Source of the DNA: Naegleria gruberi
Lineage: Eukaryota
DNA length: 64,000 bases
Assembly: GCA_000004985.1 (NCBI GenBank)
Contig: GG738905.1
Strand: one strand, 5' to 3'
Within the stretch, counting starts at the first letter, position 1. The number at the start of each line of letters is the position of its first letter. The notes under the pieces were generated by a model. It saw only the letters and a program-made list of their open reading frames with translations. It was not told the DNA's origin and made no database searches. The position numbers were made by a program, and so were the translations under genes. Below are positions 45,237 through 56,738 of the stretch, in pieces.

Positions 45237-47119
45237 ATTTCTCTTGTTGAACGTGATTTCCAGATATCAAGCTAAATGAAAATCCAAATGTTGTCGATAT
45301 TCGTTGAAATTGAAAATTCATGAAGGAAAGCAACATTTCCATACAATTACAATTTGTTTCTTATCACCACTCGAGATGATCTTGTTTCATGTGATCTTTC
45401 GAATGAACTTGTGAAAGATCCTAATTACAAAAGTGAAACTGTTCAATAAAAATTACGTTAAATGCAATGTTTTAAAGATGTTGATGAATATTTCATTTAC
45501 AGTCGTCCTCAAAAGGTAATATACTGTCGAGTTCACTCATTCCCAATTACGAAAACATTTCTAATAATTCATTCAACATCCAATAGAGAATCTTCAAACT
45601 ATGAAAACATGATCTCCACAATCTCCCCATTAAGTCGAATATTCCAAACCAATTAGTACTTTGAATTAAGGGCATTTAACCTATTTGGATGCTTATTTCC
45701 CCTTAATTGGACAATTGCACTACGGTACTTCCTCAACAGTCCATTGAGATTTTTTAGATAAAATACCCAAAATTCAAGGCACCTTGAAAATAGTTTAAAG
45801 GAAGCCATGCATGTGAGATGATGAAGAAGGCATGTTTGCATGCGAAAGTTATGATGAAATCTAGTCATGTACATGTTGGTGCACATGACAGTATGTGAGA
45901 AGATTACATGTCTACTCTTTGATGTTGTAAGGGCATGTCTGAATGAAAATCCACACATTGGATGGAGATGTATGTGTGATGATAAGAGAGATACTCATCT
46001 TGATTAGATCTTTTACTTCTGCAGAGTTGGAAATAATTAAGAACTGTTTGTCAATAGTACTTACCAAGTTTTTGTTTTCCTTCATGTAATCATGGTGATG
46101 TAAATTGACATCATGTTTGTCAAGAATGAACATGAATCAAGTGTTTAGCATGGAGTGGTTGTGCGTCACTACTCCATCAACATGTGAAATTATTTCACAC
46201 CAACAAGAACAAAAGGTAATTTAGCAACAAAACACATATATGGCAAAGCACACCCCCATTATCACCAAGCAAACTGTTCTTTCAAGATGTTCCATCACCT
46301 CACTTGAATCTCGGTTAGTGGTGCTACCATTGAAAGTTGTTGATTTAAATCTTGTCCACCAAAAGATGAGAGGAAGTAGTGCGCACCTCATTGTTGCCTG
46401 GTTGGTGATGTTGTTCTTGTTGTTGAATTGGTAATAACCAACTCAAACAAACAGCCTCAACAAGAGTGCATTTCATTGCTTTGCAATTTGCTTTCTTTTT
46501 TTCTAAAGTGTTGTTCATCATCATATCGCTTAATATTTATTTTAAGAGAGTAATCAGGTGGTGTGTGATTCTTGGACTAGTAGTGCGCAGAGTGATTATT
46601 AGTATTATTATTATTAATTATAATCAATTATTTATATCTTTAAAATCATCAACACATCAAATATTTAATAAGGGTTTGAGTTGTTTCCCGCCAAAAATAT
46701 AATTGACTCTTGAAAGGGGTAGGTACCTACCTGATCATTTATTTATAATATTATTTAATATTATAATATCTAAGATCTTGCTTCGAAACTCTATCAATTG
46801 ATTTCTTTTAAATTTTTAAGAACTGTAGAATCATAAGAATTACCAAATAGAACGGACCAAAGCAAAAGAGAGTAAAATCTGCGATATATCTCAAATCACA
46901 TCCAATTTAATCTTAAGAATCCGAGATTCTATTTTTACGCCAAGTCGCTACAAGTACGGAAGTAAAGAGCCATAGAGTGAAATTTTTTTGCTATTAGATT
47001 GTGGACTCCATTGTGTTTTAGTGGTCGAGTGACAGTTTCAAAGTTATAAGAAACTCTAAAAAATTGAACACATCTCTCACTTTGAGGTTCCATTACTGAG
47101 AGAATAGTTTCGAATAATT

Positions 47120-48856
47120 ATGTCGGAAAGTGACGAATCTTCAAGGGAGGAATTGGCAACGAACAGTGTTTCGAATAGTGCTTCATCTGCTGTTGGTTAT
47201 CTACATGTGAAAATGCCCCAAACAATTCTCTCAAAACGACAAAGACCAGGCATAAACTATTCAAATCAGCAACAACACAAAAATCCATCATCAGACCCAT
47301 CACAATTTAACATTGTAGACGAAACAGACAAGACAACACTCGATGTCAATAAGAAACTAAGAAAGAAGCGAAAGAAAAATCTACCTCCATTCCTTTCGAA
47401 TACATGTCAACAACAAAAATCATCAACACCAAACAGCAGCAACGACAATTTAAATAATGGTAATAATAATGAAGAGGAAATTTTGGATTCAATCGAAGAT
47501 ATCGATCCTTCCATCAAGGTCTATGCATTCGAAAAACCACTAATGACAAGCGCTACCAATTTTAAAGATAATTACTTCATACTGACACCTGTCGTGAACA
47601 ATACTACATCTAGCACATCTAATAATGCTACTGTTAATTCTACAACTCAACATGTTTCCTCTCCATCAAGAAAATCTCAAAATCAAACTATCTCAACTAA
47701 TCCGCACCGAAAAAATTCTAGACGAAAATGTTCGTCTTCCTCCTCTTCAAACTCTTCCAATAACAATAATACTTCAGCAGCATTACTTTCGAATAATAAT
47801 CTGTCTAGTACTACTCCACATGTTGTAAATTCGACAAGTGCTGTACATGTTCATAACGCTAGGAAATCGAGTCAACAACAACAACAAGTATCACATGTGA
47901 TTATTGAGTATCCACAACAACATCAACAACAACAACTTGCAAATCAACAACAGTGTGAATTAGGTGGATATGAGAATGGTAATACGGTGTTCAAGTTTGG
48001 TAATTCCTCATCTGTTCGTGAAGTTTCTGGCATGGATAAATTGACTGAGAATCCCCTTAATGATTTTTTACAACTACAATCCTCGTTGAATAGTAATAAT
48101 GCGGGTAATAGTGGTGTGTCTTCGGCAGTTGCCTTGCTAGCATCAGTATTGGCCAATAACCAAGTTTCGAATAATGATTCGAATGGTTCATCTATGGCTT
48201 TTGATTACGATTCCATGATATCCATGTTGGATAAATTGCTTTGCAGGCAACCAAACATGTCATCTTCATCTGGTGCATCTTCATCTGATAACATGTTATA
48301 CAACATGCACAATAATAACACAACTAGTCCAACAAGTTTAGTTTCAAATACTAATCCTTCAAATCTATTCATGACAAGTGGCAACAACATGCAACATGGT
48401 ACCTCCTCCACAACATCCCAAAATCAACTCAATAATTTATCCCTTCAACTCATTTCACAAATTGTTGAACTCTTAATTCAACGATATCAACAACAATTAC
48501 AAAGCGTATTAAGCCAAAATCAAATATCGAATTCTTCATCATTGAATAATTCTCCAATTTCCAATCCAACCTCCAATTTTGTACAACATTTATTTAATCA
48601 AGATCCTCAAGTTTCGAATATTTCGACGAACCTATCTCAATATATAATGAATGCTCGATTTCCATCCAATGATGATTCGAATAATCAATTGCCACAAATG
48701 GTAGATCAGCAACAACTGAATCAGACATCCATGCAACCAAATAATGTTTCGTCCTCCTCAAACGAAACAATTTCACAACAAGACATTCTAAGGTTTATTC
48801 TCCAAAATCAACATCTTCTCTTTCCAAATTCGAATAATCAATCAAATAATCAATAA
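47120..48856 (+). CDS. hypothetical Q/N/S-rich protein (578 aa), possibly a nuclear regulator
   Basis: Real ATG. Extreme low complexity (poly-N, poly-Q, poly-S). Basic KKLRKKRKK NLS-like patch. Confidence 0.4.
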   Translation: MSESDESSREELATNSVSNSASSAVGYLHVKMPQTILSKRQRPGINYSNQQQHKNPSSDPSQFNIVDETDKTTLDVNKKLRKKRKKNLPPFLSNTCQQQKSSTPNSSNDNLNNGNNNEEEILDSIEDIDPSIKVYAFEKPLMTSATNFKDNYFILTPVVNNTTSSTSNNATVNSTTQHVSSPSRKSQNQTISTNPHRKNSRRKCSSSSSSNSSNNNNTSAALLSNNNLSSTTPHVVNSTSAVHVHNARKSSQQQQQVSHVIIEYPQQHQQQQLANQQQCELGGYENGNTVFKFGNSSSVREVSGMDKLTENPLNDFLQLQSSLNSNNAGNSGVSSAVALLASVLANNQVSNNDSNGSSMAFDYDSMISMLDKLLCRQPNMSSSSGASSSDNMLYNMHNNNTTSPTSLVSNTNPSNLFMTSGNNMQHGTSSTTSQNQLNNLSLQLISQIVELLIQRYQQQLQSVLSQNQISNSSSLNNSPISNPTSNFVQHLFNQDPQVSNISTNLSQYIMNARFPSNDDSNNQLPQMVDQQQLNQTSMQPNNVSSSSNETISQQDILRFILQNQHLLFPNSNNQSNNQ

Positions 48857-48988
48857 ATTGAAAGTTTGAAACTCTTCTCAAAACTTCAATAATTGTCATT
48901 GTAATCTTAATTCGCATCTTTACAATGACAAGTTCACATTTCCAATCAGCGCTGATGAACTTGCCACAAAATTTACAATAAAAAAAAA

Positions 48989-49963
48989 ATGGCATCACTT
49001 GAGGAACAGCTTTTACTTCGTCGTCAATTAATCTTCTCCAAAGTTACGGAAAAGATTGGACCTTCCCTTCCCAATGATGATAAAAAAGAGGCAAATTTAA
49101 TGATTCGGGTGGCATGTTTCGTCTATAAAAAAGATGGAGCCGATCGACATTGGAAAGACCTGTTGCAAGCCTTGACTGATACCTCACATCCTAAGGAGAG
49201 AATTATTAAGAAAGATGATCACAGTGATGGACATGAGATGATGCCTCACTTGTTGAATTTGAAAAGAGTTCAATTTGAATGTATTCAATTTGATCCGAAT
49301 GATATTGGAAATGGTCAATTGATAACTAAAAAGATACATGTTGTGTTTTGTGGAGGAGGATTGGGTCCTGCACATGCTAGTCAATTGGGAGGAAAAGGAA
49401 AGAGGGAAATTATCAAGTTCTTGGAACAGGGAGGAGGTTATATTGGATGTTGTGCTGGAGCTTATTTAGCATGTAGGTAATCTGTGATATTTATTGAATA
49501 TTCTAATATTGAATGGAATGAAAAATAGGCACAGCGTATGATGCTTCTTTAAGTTTCTGGAATTATGGATTGATTGACTATCATATTCTTGATTTGTCAA
49601 TGTGAAAACACTCCACAAGGTTCTGATATTCTCGTTTCAAACTTGAACGACTCTATTAGAAATGTCTATTACAGAAATGGACCTCTCTTTACACCAGTTA
49701 CAGATGAAAAACTTCGTGAAAAGTATTCGGGAAACAAGATTGGACAATCGATGGTTTTACAAAATTTCAAACAAGAATTCACAAAGAAGAAGGTTGATTT
49801 GGAATCCAAATCAGTCATGATCGATACTCCCTCCATAATTGCCAATCAATATGGTCAGGGAAGGGTTGTGGTGTTTAGTGCACACCCAGAAGCTTCAGAT
49901 GAACAGGTTAGAAATGAATTCAAATGTGCCTTTGTTTGGGCTTCCTCTCAATTGATTTATTGA
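48989..49963 (+). CDS. class I glutamine-amidotransferase-like (BPL_N-type) domain protein, 2 exons
   Basis: Exon 1 is 48989..49472 (..GAYLAC, donor gcat|gtaggtaatc, phase 1). Exon 2 is 49620..49963 (ccacaag|GTTCTGAT), consistent with the table frame. ~147-nt intron. HVVFCGGGLGPAH...GGGYIGCCAGAYLAC and ..QGRVVVFSAHPE resemble the stand-alone N-terminal domain of biotin-protein ligases. Confidence 0.45.
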
Positions 49964-49973
49964 AAACACAATC

Positions 49974-50498
49974 TTAATGATTTTTTGGTAGTGTAACTGC
50001 CAATGTGATAATGACAATGAGGATGGACAGACAGACATTGAATGCCACCAATGACCAAAATGTTGATTTTGCCAATTGTCCATATTTTCTTGCTCCTCTC
50101 ACTTCATGACTTGAATATTTAAAGACAAACATGTATGGAATGCAAGCAAAGAAGGGTGTAAAGATGAAGAATACTAGAAATGAAATGACAGTAGCAATCA
50201 AAAAGGCATTCTTTGCCTTGTCAGTTTGATGTTTCTCATGAAACCAATTGTTGGTTCCAGCATTTGTGTAGGGATGTTCTTGTCTATTCACAAGAGGAGT
50301 TGAGGTTGTTTCAGCTGTTGTAGTATAAACCTGCTGTTGTTGCTGAGGAGGAATCAGATTTTGTTTCAAATTCTCATGGAATGGATGCGATGTATAATGA
50401 ATCGCTTGAGGAGGTGGAGGGATTTCTCCATTACTTGGATAGGCAGAATTACTGTACGAAGTAGAATTGACTGTTGCTTGGTAATTGGTTGGATTCAT
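49974..50498 (-). CDS. CD225/dispanin-like two-TM protein with Pro/Gln-rich N-terminus
   Basis: The first ATG is at MNPTNYQ; the table start is TTG. The C-terminal half NAFLIATVISFLVFFIFTPFFACIPYMFVFK..GARKYGQLAKSTFWSLVAFNVCLSILIVIITLAV fits the CD225 topology. Confidence 0.45.
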   Translation of the reverse strand: MNPTNYQATVNSTSYSNSAYPSNGEIPPPPQAIHYTSHPFHENLKQNLIPPQQQQQVYTTTAETTSTPLVNRQEHPYTNAGTNNWFHEKHQTDKAKNAFLIATVISFLVFFIFTPFFACIPYMFVFKYSSHEVRGARKYGQLAKSTFWSLVAFNVCLSILIVIITLAVTLPKNH

Positions 50499-50826
50499 TT
50501 TTTCAAAATTTGTTTCTTCAATTTGAAATGATCTTATTTCAAACAATTGCCTCTTTTGGAATTGTTACAAAATTGGAAATGTAATATTTTTACATTAAAA
50601 TACTCTCAAAGAAAAAGGTTTATTTTGGAGTAATTTTGGTCGTACGAAGGAAGAGGAATAAACGTAGTGGTTGTCGTCGTAGTGGAGGAAACGAAAGGAT
50701 TAAGATTCCAAAGTTCCTGCGCTTATAAGCTTTTATTCATTAATTTTCCAAATTGATTTTGAAATGATATTTGAATTAGGGGCATTGTGATGGATAATGA
50801 TGGACACACATGTGGTTTACATGTGG

Positions 50827-51376
50827 TTAGTCTTGAATGGGTTGATAGGCATGTCCTTGAGAATCATAATATTCAGGAGGAGGAGAATCTTCATATGCTG
50901 GAGGTTGTGTAGTGGTGCTCAATTGACCACTTCGTGTTTTCTCAGGAATTATTCCAAAATCTTCAGCTAACAACTCAATTGTGAGTGTTCCCTTTTGTGC
51001 ATTGTGCAAATTCAAAGTCAATTGTTGAGCTATTCCTTTTTCCAAACTGTCCAATGACACTGATGCCTTGCCAATCACATCATTCACCAATCGATCATAA
51101 TCAAAAACTTCAAAATAAATAGTTTCTATCTCAGGATTAAAATTTGAAGGTAAATCCATGTGGAAAGTGGCATTCCAATCTGGATTGCAATTCTTCTTGA
51201 TGACTTCTGTTCGTAATTGAATGGTACCGAGTTGAATTTTGACAAATGGATCTTTAAACAATTAATGGAATGTTAAACAAGATAATTTGATGAGAAATAA
51301 ACTTACCAGAAGTGCCTCCTCGATCCTTTGCATCTAAATCTCGGCAGTTAATAACTGTTAATTTGAGTTTTGGCAT
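50827..51376 (-). CDS. C2-domain protein, member 1 of tandem array (2 exons)
   Basis: Exon 1 is 51376..51307 (MPKLKLTVINCRDLDAKDRGGTSG, 70 nt, donor tctg|gtaagt). Exon 2 is 51251..50827 (tttaaag|ATCCATTTGTC, DPFVKIQLG...). C2 signatures VFDYDRL..DVIGKA and LAEDFG. Pro-rich tail. Confidence 0.75.
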
Positions 51377-51451
51377 TTTTTTGATTGATATGACGCTTGA
51401 CTTTTGTGAAAAAGGATACATGTCGGACTAATAAGGTTTATAGTTCAACAT

Positions 51452-52294
51452 TTATTGATTATATTGTGGTGGATAACTTGGTGGTGGTGGTTGAGAATAA
51501 CCAATTGGTGGATACCCTTGAAAATTTTGATTTGGATATTGAGATTGATCTGAATATTGAGGTGGTGGTGGTTGACATTGAGATTGATCTGAATATTGGG
51601 GAGGAGGAGGTTGTGAATTGAATGAGTTATCATTTTGAGGAGGAGGTTGATTAGGAATTGGGTATTGAGGAGGTGATACAGATGATTGATTATTCGAATA
51701 GTATTGAGGTGGAGGAGGAGATGAATTGCTGCTATCGTATTGTGGAGGTGGAGGAGTGGGAGGTTGTGTGTTAAAATTATTAATATTCGAATGATTATAA
51801 TTCAATTGAGTGGCACTTCTGTTGTGAACAGATTGTTGTGTTGGCAGAGTTGGTGGTTTAATTTCTGGAATTATTCCAAAATCCTCAGCTAGTAACTCAA
51901 TGGTGAGTGTTCCTTTGTGTGCATTGTGTAAATTCAATGTCATTTGTTGAGCTATTCCTTTTTCCAAGTTGTCCAATCGAGCAGATGTCTTTCCAATCAA
52001 ATCATTTGATGAAAATCTATCATAATCATAAACATCAAAGTAAATACTTTCAAATTCTGGATCAAATTTTGCTGGCAAATCCAAATTAAAAACAGCATTC
52101 CAATCTGGGTTACAATTCTTCTTGACAATTTCAGTTTTAACTTGAAGAGTGCCAATTTTAATTTTGACAAATGGGTCTTTAAAGAGTCATGATGATTTGA
52201 TATTATGTCAACAATTTAACCTACCTGAAGTGCCACCCATATCTTTGGCATCTAAATCCCGAGCATGAATAACTGTGAGTTTGAGTTTTGGCAT
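51452..52294 (-). CDS. C2-domain protein, member 2 (2 exons) with PPPPQY/SDQSQ repeat tail
   Basis: Exon 1 is 52294..52225 (MPKLKLTVIHARDLDAKDMGGTSG, donor cag|gtaggt). 48-nt intron. Exon 2 is 52176..51452 (DPFVKIKIGTLQVKTEIVKKNCNPDWN...). Confidence 0.75.
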
Positions 52295-52409
52295 TTTTTT
52301 AAAGTTGACTTGGTTTGTGATTGATGTTTAGATTCCATTATTGAAATTACAATAAATTCATTGATAAGCATTAAATTGCTAGTTTAAATTACAAATTTAT
52401 AGTACACAA

Positions 52410-53490
52410 TTATTGGAATGGTTGTGGAGGATATCCCATTTGAGGTGGGTAACCCATTTGAGGTGGGTAACCCATTTGAGGTTGTTGAGGGTAACCTTGC
52501 ATTGGCTGTTGTGGATAGCCTTGCATTGGTTGTTGAGGATAACCTTGCATTGGTGGTTGTTGTGGATAACCTTGTTGCATTTGAGGGTAACCTTGCATTG
52601 GTGGTTGTTGTGGATATTGTTGATAACCCATTTGAGGTTGTTGTTGGGGATAACCTTGCATTGGTTGTTGTTGAGGGTAGCCCATTGGTTGTTGAGGATA
52701 TCCATAACCTTGCACTCCCTGTGGTTGATAACCCATTGGTTGTTGTTGTTGTTGTTGTGGATAACCATAACCTTGAACTGGTGGACCTTGATTGAGTGGT
52801 TGTGATTGAGTAACTGATTGAGTTGGCATGGCTTGTCCAAAATCTTCAGCCAACAATTCCACAGTCAAAGTACCCAACTTGGAATATTGCAATTTGAGAT
52901 CGACACGTTGTGGTTGTCCCTTATATAAAGTTCCCAAAGCAACTGTTGCCTTACCAATAATATCATTTCCTCCAAAACGATCATAATCATAAACTTCAAA
53001 GACAGCACTTTCACTGGCTGGATTAACAGAAGGAGGCAAATCAAAGAACAAGGTTGTGTTCCATGTTGGATTGCAATTTTTGCTGATGTGATCAGTCTTT
53101 CTTTGAACGGAACCAATTGTTACTCTAACATATGGATCTAAATAGTATTAATTAATTAATATATAATGATGATGATAATGAATGATTATTAATATATATA
53201 TGAATAATATTTGTTAACCAATCACAAAATCATTGTTAATGTACAAAACAATATTAAATATATTAAAATCGATTGTACATTGTAGTTGAATAACACAAAT
53301 AATATAAGAAATATTTCATTGTTATAAGAAATTCATCATCATGGATGTAACATCACCAAAATTCATCATCATCATCACATGTAAAATTAAATCATCATCA
53401 AATTCGCATCATCAACCTACCAGAAGTACCACCAACATCCTTTCCTTCCAAATTTCTAGCAGAAATAACAGTAATCTTGAGTTTGCCCAT
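52410..53490 (-). CDS. C2-domain protein, member 3 (2 exons) with QGYPQQP repeat tail
   Basis: Exon 1 is 53490..53421 ([24 protein letters not shown], donor tctg|gtaggtt). ~283-nt AT-rich intron. Exon 2 is 53137..52410 ([27 protein letters not shown]...). Confidence 0.75.
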
Positions 53491-53708
53491 TCTTTGTGTG
53501 TCTATTTTTTGCTAAAGTTTCCATTCCGTGTTGCTTGTTTGAGAAACTCATCGCGTTTCATGTGTTTTATAAATAAGAATGGATCGCTCATGTTCATGTG
53601 TGTATTTTTACCGCCAAAAAAAACTACAATATGAACTTTGTTTTATTCCTTACCTCTGGGGTTGATGATGGGAATGTAAAATTATAATTTAATATAACAG
53701 TTAGTTTA

Positions 53709-54080
53709 TTAAGTTTGACTTGGATGAGGAGAACCTCTCAAGTGAGGAAGAATAGTATGATGTTGGGAATGATGAGGTTTGAAATGAGAAATAATTGGTC
53801 TGATTATATGATGAGAACCAAATACTTTGAATGGTGGTTGGACGGTATCACCCGATTGTTGTGGTGTAGGAATGGAAATTTGTGGCAATTGTTCTTGTTG
53901 GACGGTATCACCTGATTGTTGAGGGGTTGGAATGGAAACTTGTGGTAATTGTTCTTGTTGGACAGTATCGCCTGATTGTTGTGGAGTTGGAATGGAAATT
54001 TGTGGAAGTTGGCAATCAACTAAACAATTGGCAATAATGAAGCATGAAATGAATAGCAAGAGAATGAGAAATTTAGTCAT
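53709..54080 (-). CDS. small secreted protein with three tandem 20-aa repeats (QLPQxSIPTPQQSGDTVQQE) and His-rich C-terminus
   Basis: Signal peptide MTKFLILLLFISCFIIANC. Three near-perfect 60-nt DNA repeats at ~53835-54010. HH/HSQHH tail. Real ATG, single exon. Confidence 0.55.
   Translation of the reverse strand: MTKFLILLLFISCFIIANCLVDCQLPQISIPTPQQSGDTVQQEQLPQVSIPTPQQSGDTVQQEQLPQISIPTPQQSGDTVQPPFKVFGSHHIIRPIISHFKPHHSQHHTILPHLRGSPHPSQT
53835..54010. repeat. 3 x 60-bp tandem repeat (coding)
   Basis: ggtatcacc(c/t)gattgttg(t/a)gg(t/g)gt(a/t)ggaatggaaa(t/c)ttgtgg(c/t)aattgttcttgttggac is repeated with 2-4 substitutions per unit. Confidence 0.8.
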
Positions 54081-54383
54081 CTTTTTTGAAAATGTTACTA
54101 ATACCTTTTCATTCTTCCTGAATTTGAATCATTGTAATGCCAATGAACAATGTTAAATTGATATGTTTCGTTTAAGGATATTTACAGTTTAAAGATTTTT
54201 CCCAAGAGAGGATTTGGACACTTTGGTATTTTCAAGCAGATGGTAATGTTATATTTATATAGTAATTCATCTTTTGTGAAGTTAGAAATCCAACTGTTTG
54301 TGACCTCTGCGTGTTAGAAGAAGAAGGAGAACTATATAAGGAAGATAATGTATTATTTACACAATTTCAAGAAGAAATTCAAA

Positions 54384-55152
54384 TTATTGATATGGTGGAT
54401 ATCCTTGTTGAGGAGGATATTGTTGTGGTGGATATTGTTGTGGGTATCCTTGTTGTGGTGGAAAACCACCTTGTTGTGGGTATCCTTGTTCAGGAGGATA
54501 GCCATATCCTTGCATTGGAGGTTGTCCATAGTATGGTTGTTGTGGATATCCTTGTTGTGGTGGATACATTTGTTGTTGAGGGTAACCTTGTTGAGGGTAA
54601 CCTTGTTGAGGATATCCTTGTTGTTGTGGTGGAAAACCACCTTGTTGTGGATTAGTTGTGGTTTGAGTAGTAGTTGGTATGGCTTGTCCAAAATCTTCTG
54701 CCAACAATTCAACAGATAAGATTCCATTCCTTGAGTTGGCCAACCTTAAATCAACTTTTTGAGCGTGTCCTTTGTAAAGTGTTCCCAAAGCAATTGTTGC
54801 TCTTCCAATCAAGTCAGAAGATCCCAAACGATCATAATCAAAAACTTCAAAAGAAGCTGATTCTGTGGCTGGGTTGACACTTGGTGGCAAATCAAAGAAG
54901 AGAGAAGTATTCCAAGTTGGATTAGTAGTCTTGGTCAAGTGGTCAGTCTTGTGTTTAATTGTTCCAACAGAAACAACAACAAAAGGATCTATTCAGTGTT
55001 TAAAATATGATATTATTATTCAGTAGGATTATACAGATGTAAGTGTAATGATCAATGAAATTGTTTAAATAGTAACACCTACCTGATGTACCTCCAATAT
55101 CCTTTCCTTCTAAATCACGTGCAGAAATGATGGTTACTTTAAGTTTGCCCAT
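54384..55152 (-). CDS. C2-domain protein, member 4 (2 exons) with GYPQQ repeat tail
   Basis: Exon 1 is 55152..55083 ([24 protein letters not shown], donor catcag|gtaggtg). ~94-nt intron. Exon 2 is 54988..54384 ([27 protein letters not shown]...). Confidence 0.75.
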
Positions 55153-55496
55153 TGTTGATGATTGTTAAATTAATTGATGAACAGTGTTTGAGGTGTTTTT
55201 TTTGTTTTTAGAAATTATTGGTTTTGCAAAAGTTCCAATTTTAAATCTCAGAACGAATATTGGCAAGTTCAAAAAAGTTGCTCGCCCAATTAGATCGCCA
55301 TCAAATTAAACAATTATGGACTTTTGGGTAAATAACAAAAAATTGAAAGCAAGGTCAAGGGCATGCTTCATTGTAACAAAACTGTAGTCCTTGAGAATTA
55401 TTAATAATATAATTATTATTTTTATGTTAGAAATATTCAAAATTAAGGTATTTCCAAAAAAGTTAAGCACAATTATCAAACAAAAACAGAAAAAAA

Positions 55497-56738
55497 ATGT
55501 TCAAACACCAAGCTCAAACATTTCCCGCCAATTTTCATCAAGATGATGAAAGCGCACTAGATGATATTGAAACAACACTCTCAATACATAATAATCCATC
55601 TTGTTTTAATCATCATCAATTATTGTCTTCCGATACCATCACAATCATTGCAAGTTTCTTGCCAATTTCCGATTGGTTTTCAATGAGTGCTGTGAATGAG
55701 TGTTGGTTTCAAGCTATGCATCACGGAATGAATCATGAATGGAAGAGAATTTATTATAAGGAATGGAAATTGGATCGAATCATTGCTCATCATGACCATT
55801 TGAAACTTTATGATGAAAATGATTTAAAGATGGAAAAGGGAAAATTTAATCCTGGTAAAGGAGAAGAAGAAGAACAGCACGATGAGGAAGATAATGATCA
55901 TGATGATGATTTGAGAGGTGATGAGGAGGGAACAGTGGATTGGATGAGAGTGATTCAATACTATTTAAACAAATTACCAATCAAGACAGAAACTGTGGAG
56001 AGAGGAGAATGTTTAAACTTTTGTGAGGAGAGGAATAAGAGAATGGAATGGGAAAGTCCAATAATACAGAATGGAAAGGGAATTGTGGAGGGAGAGAATA
56101 GTTTTAGTATCTTTCAATTCTCGTTTCATGTATTGAATAGAATGAAAGAGTCGATTGAGAATTTCAAAAATATGGACGAAAGCTTGGAAGATCTGCAGCT
56201 GGAACTATTTAAACAATATAGAGTTTGTCTATTTATGGAATATTTGAGTTTGGGATTTAGACCTAGTGTAGTTTCAGATGTAGTTAATATTTGGGAAGGA
56301 ATTTATGATAATGAACCCATTCTAACATTACCTCTAGTTTCCTTTCTCTTTATACTACATCAAGACAATCCAATAGAAATCATGGAAGAGTTCATTCAGG
56401 AGGAATATGGTGAAATCTCCAATTGGATCTACGTTTCACTTTCTCAATGTCCACAAGATCGATTAGGATTCTCTCTAATTTTGAAAGAATTGGATCTCAC
56501 TAACTTTTCCTATGATTGGAATGGAAAGCTCCCTTGGTACCATCAAACTGATATCAATGAAAAGAATTTCCCACTCTACCTTGGAGTTTCCCAACATTTA
56601 GCTGATTATGAAACAAGCTACTACATGGATGATTATGACACCTCTCCATGTCGAGTCTATCATTTGAGTATTTCATGTGAATTATTGGCAACTCATCATG
56701 TCAAATTGTACAGAGAGGAAAAGATAATGAATTATTAA
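55497..56738 (+). CDS. F-box-like protein (413 aa) with acidic insert
   Basis: Real ATG. LSSDTITIIASFLPISDWFSMSAVNECWFQA resembles an F-box. D/E/H-rich stretch. Confidence 0.4.
   Translation: MFKHQAQTFPANFHQDDESALDDIETTLSIHNNPSCFNHHQLLSSDTITIIASFLPISDWFSMSAVNECWFQAMHHGMNHEWKRIYYKEWKLDRIIAHHDHLKLYDENDLKMEKGKFNPGKGEEEEQHDEEDNDHDDDLRGDEEGTVDWMRVIQYYLNKLPIKTETVERGECLNFCEERNKRMEWESPIIQNGKGIVEGENSFSIFQFSFHVLNRMKESIENFKNMDESLEDLQLELFKQYRVCLFMEYLSLGFRPSVVSDVVNIWEGIYDNEPILTLPLVSFLFILHQDNPIEIMEEFIQEEYGEISNWIYVSLSQCPQDRLGFSLILKELDLTNFSYDWNGKLPWYHQTDINEKNFPLYLGVSQHLADYETSYYMDDYDTSPCRVYHLSISCELLATHHVKLYREEKIMNY

Noticed and set aside
52397-52840. Overlapping ORFs on both strands in the QGYPQQP repeat (52397..52840 -, 52413..52805 +, 52418..52795 +) and the similar set at 54311..54727
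   Set aside because: Stop-free alternative frames generated by a 21-nt periodic repeat. Only the frame fused to the C2 domain is supported.
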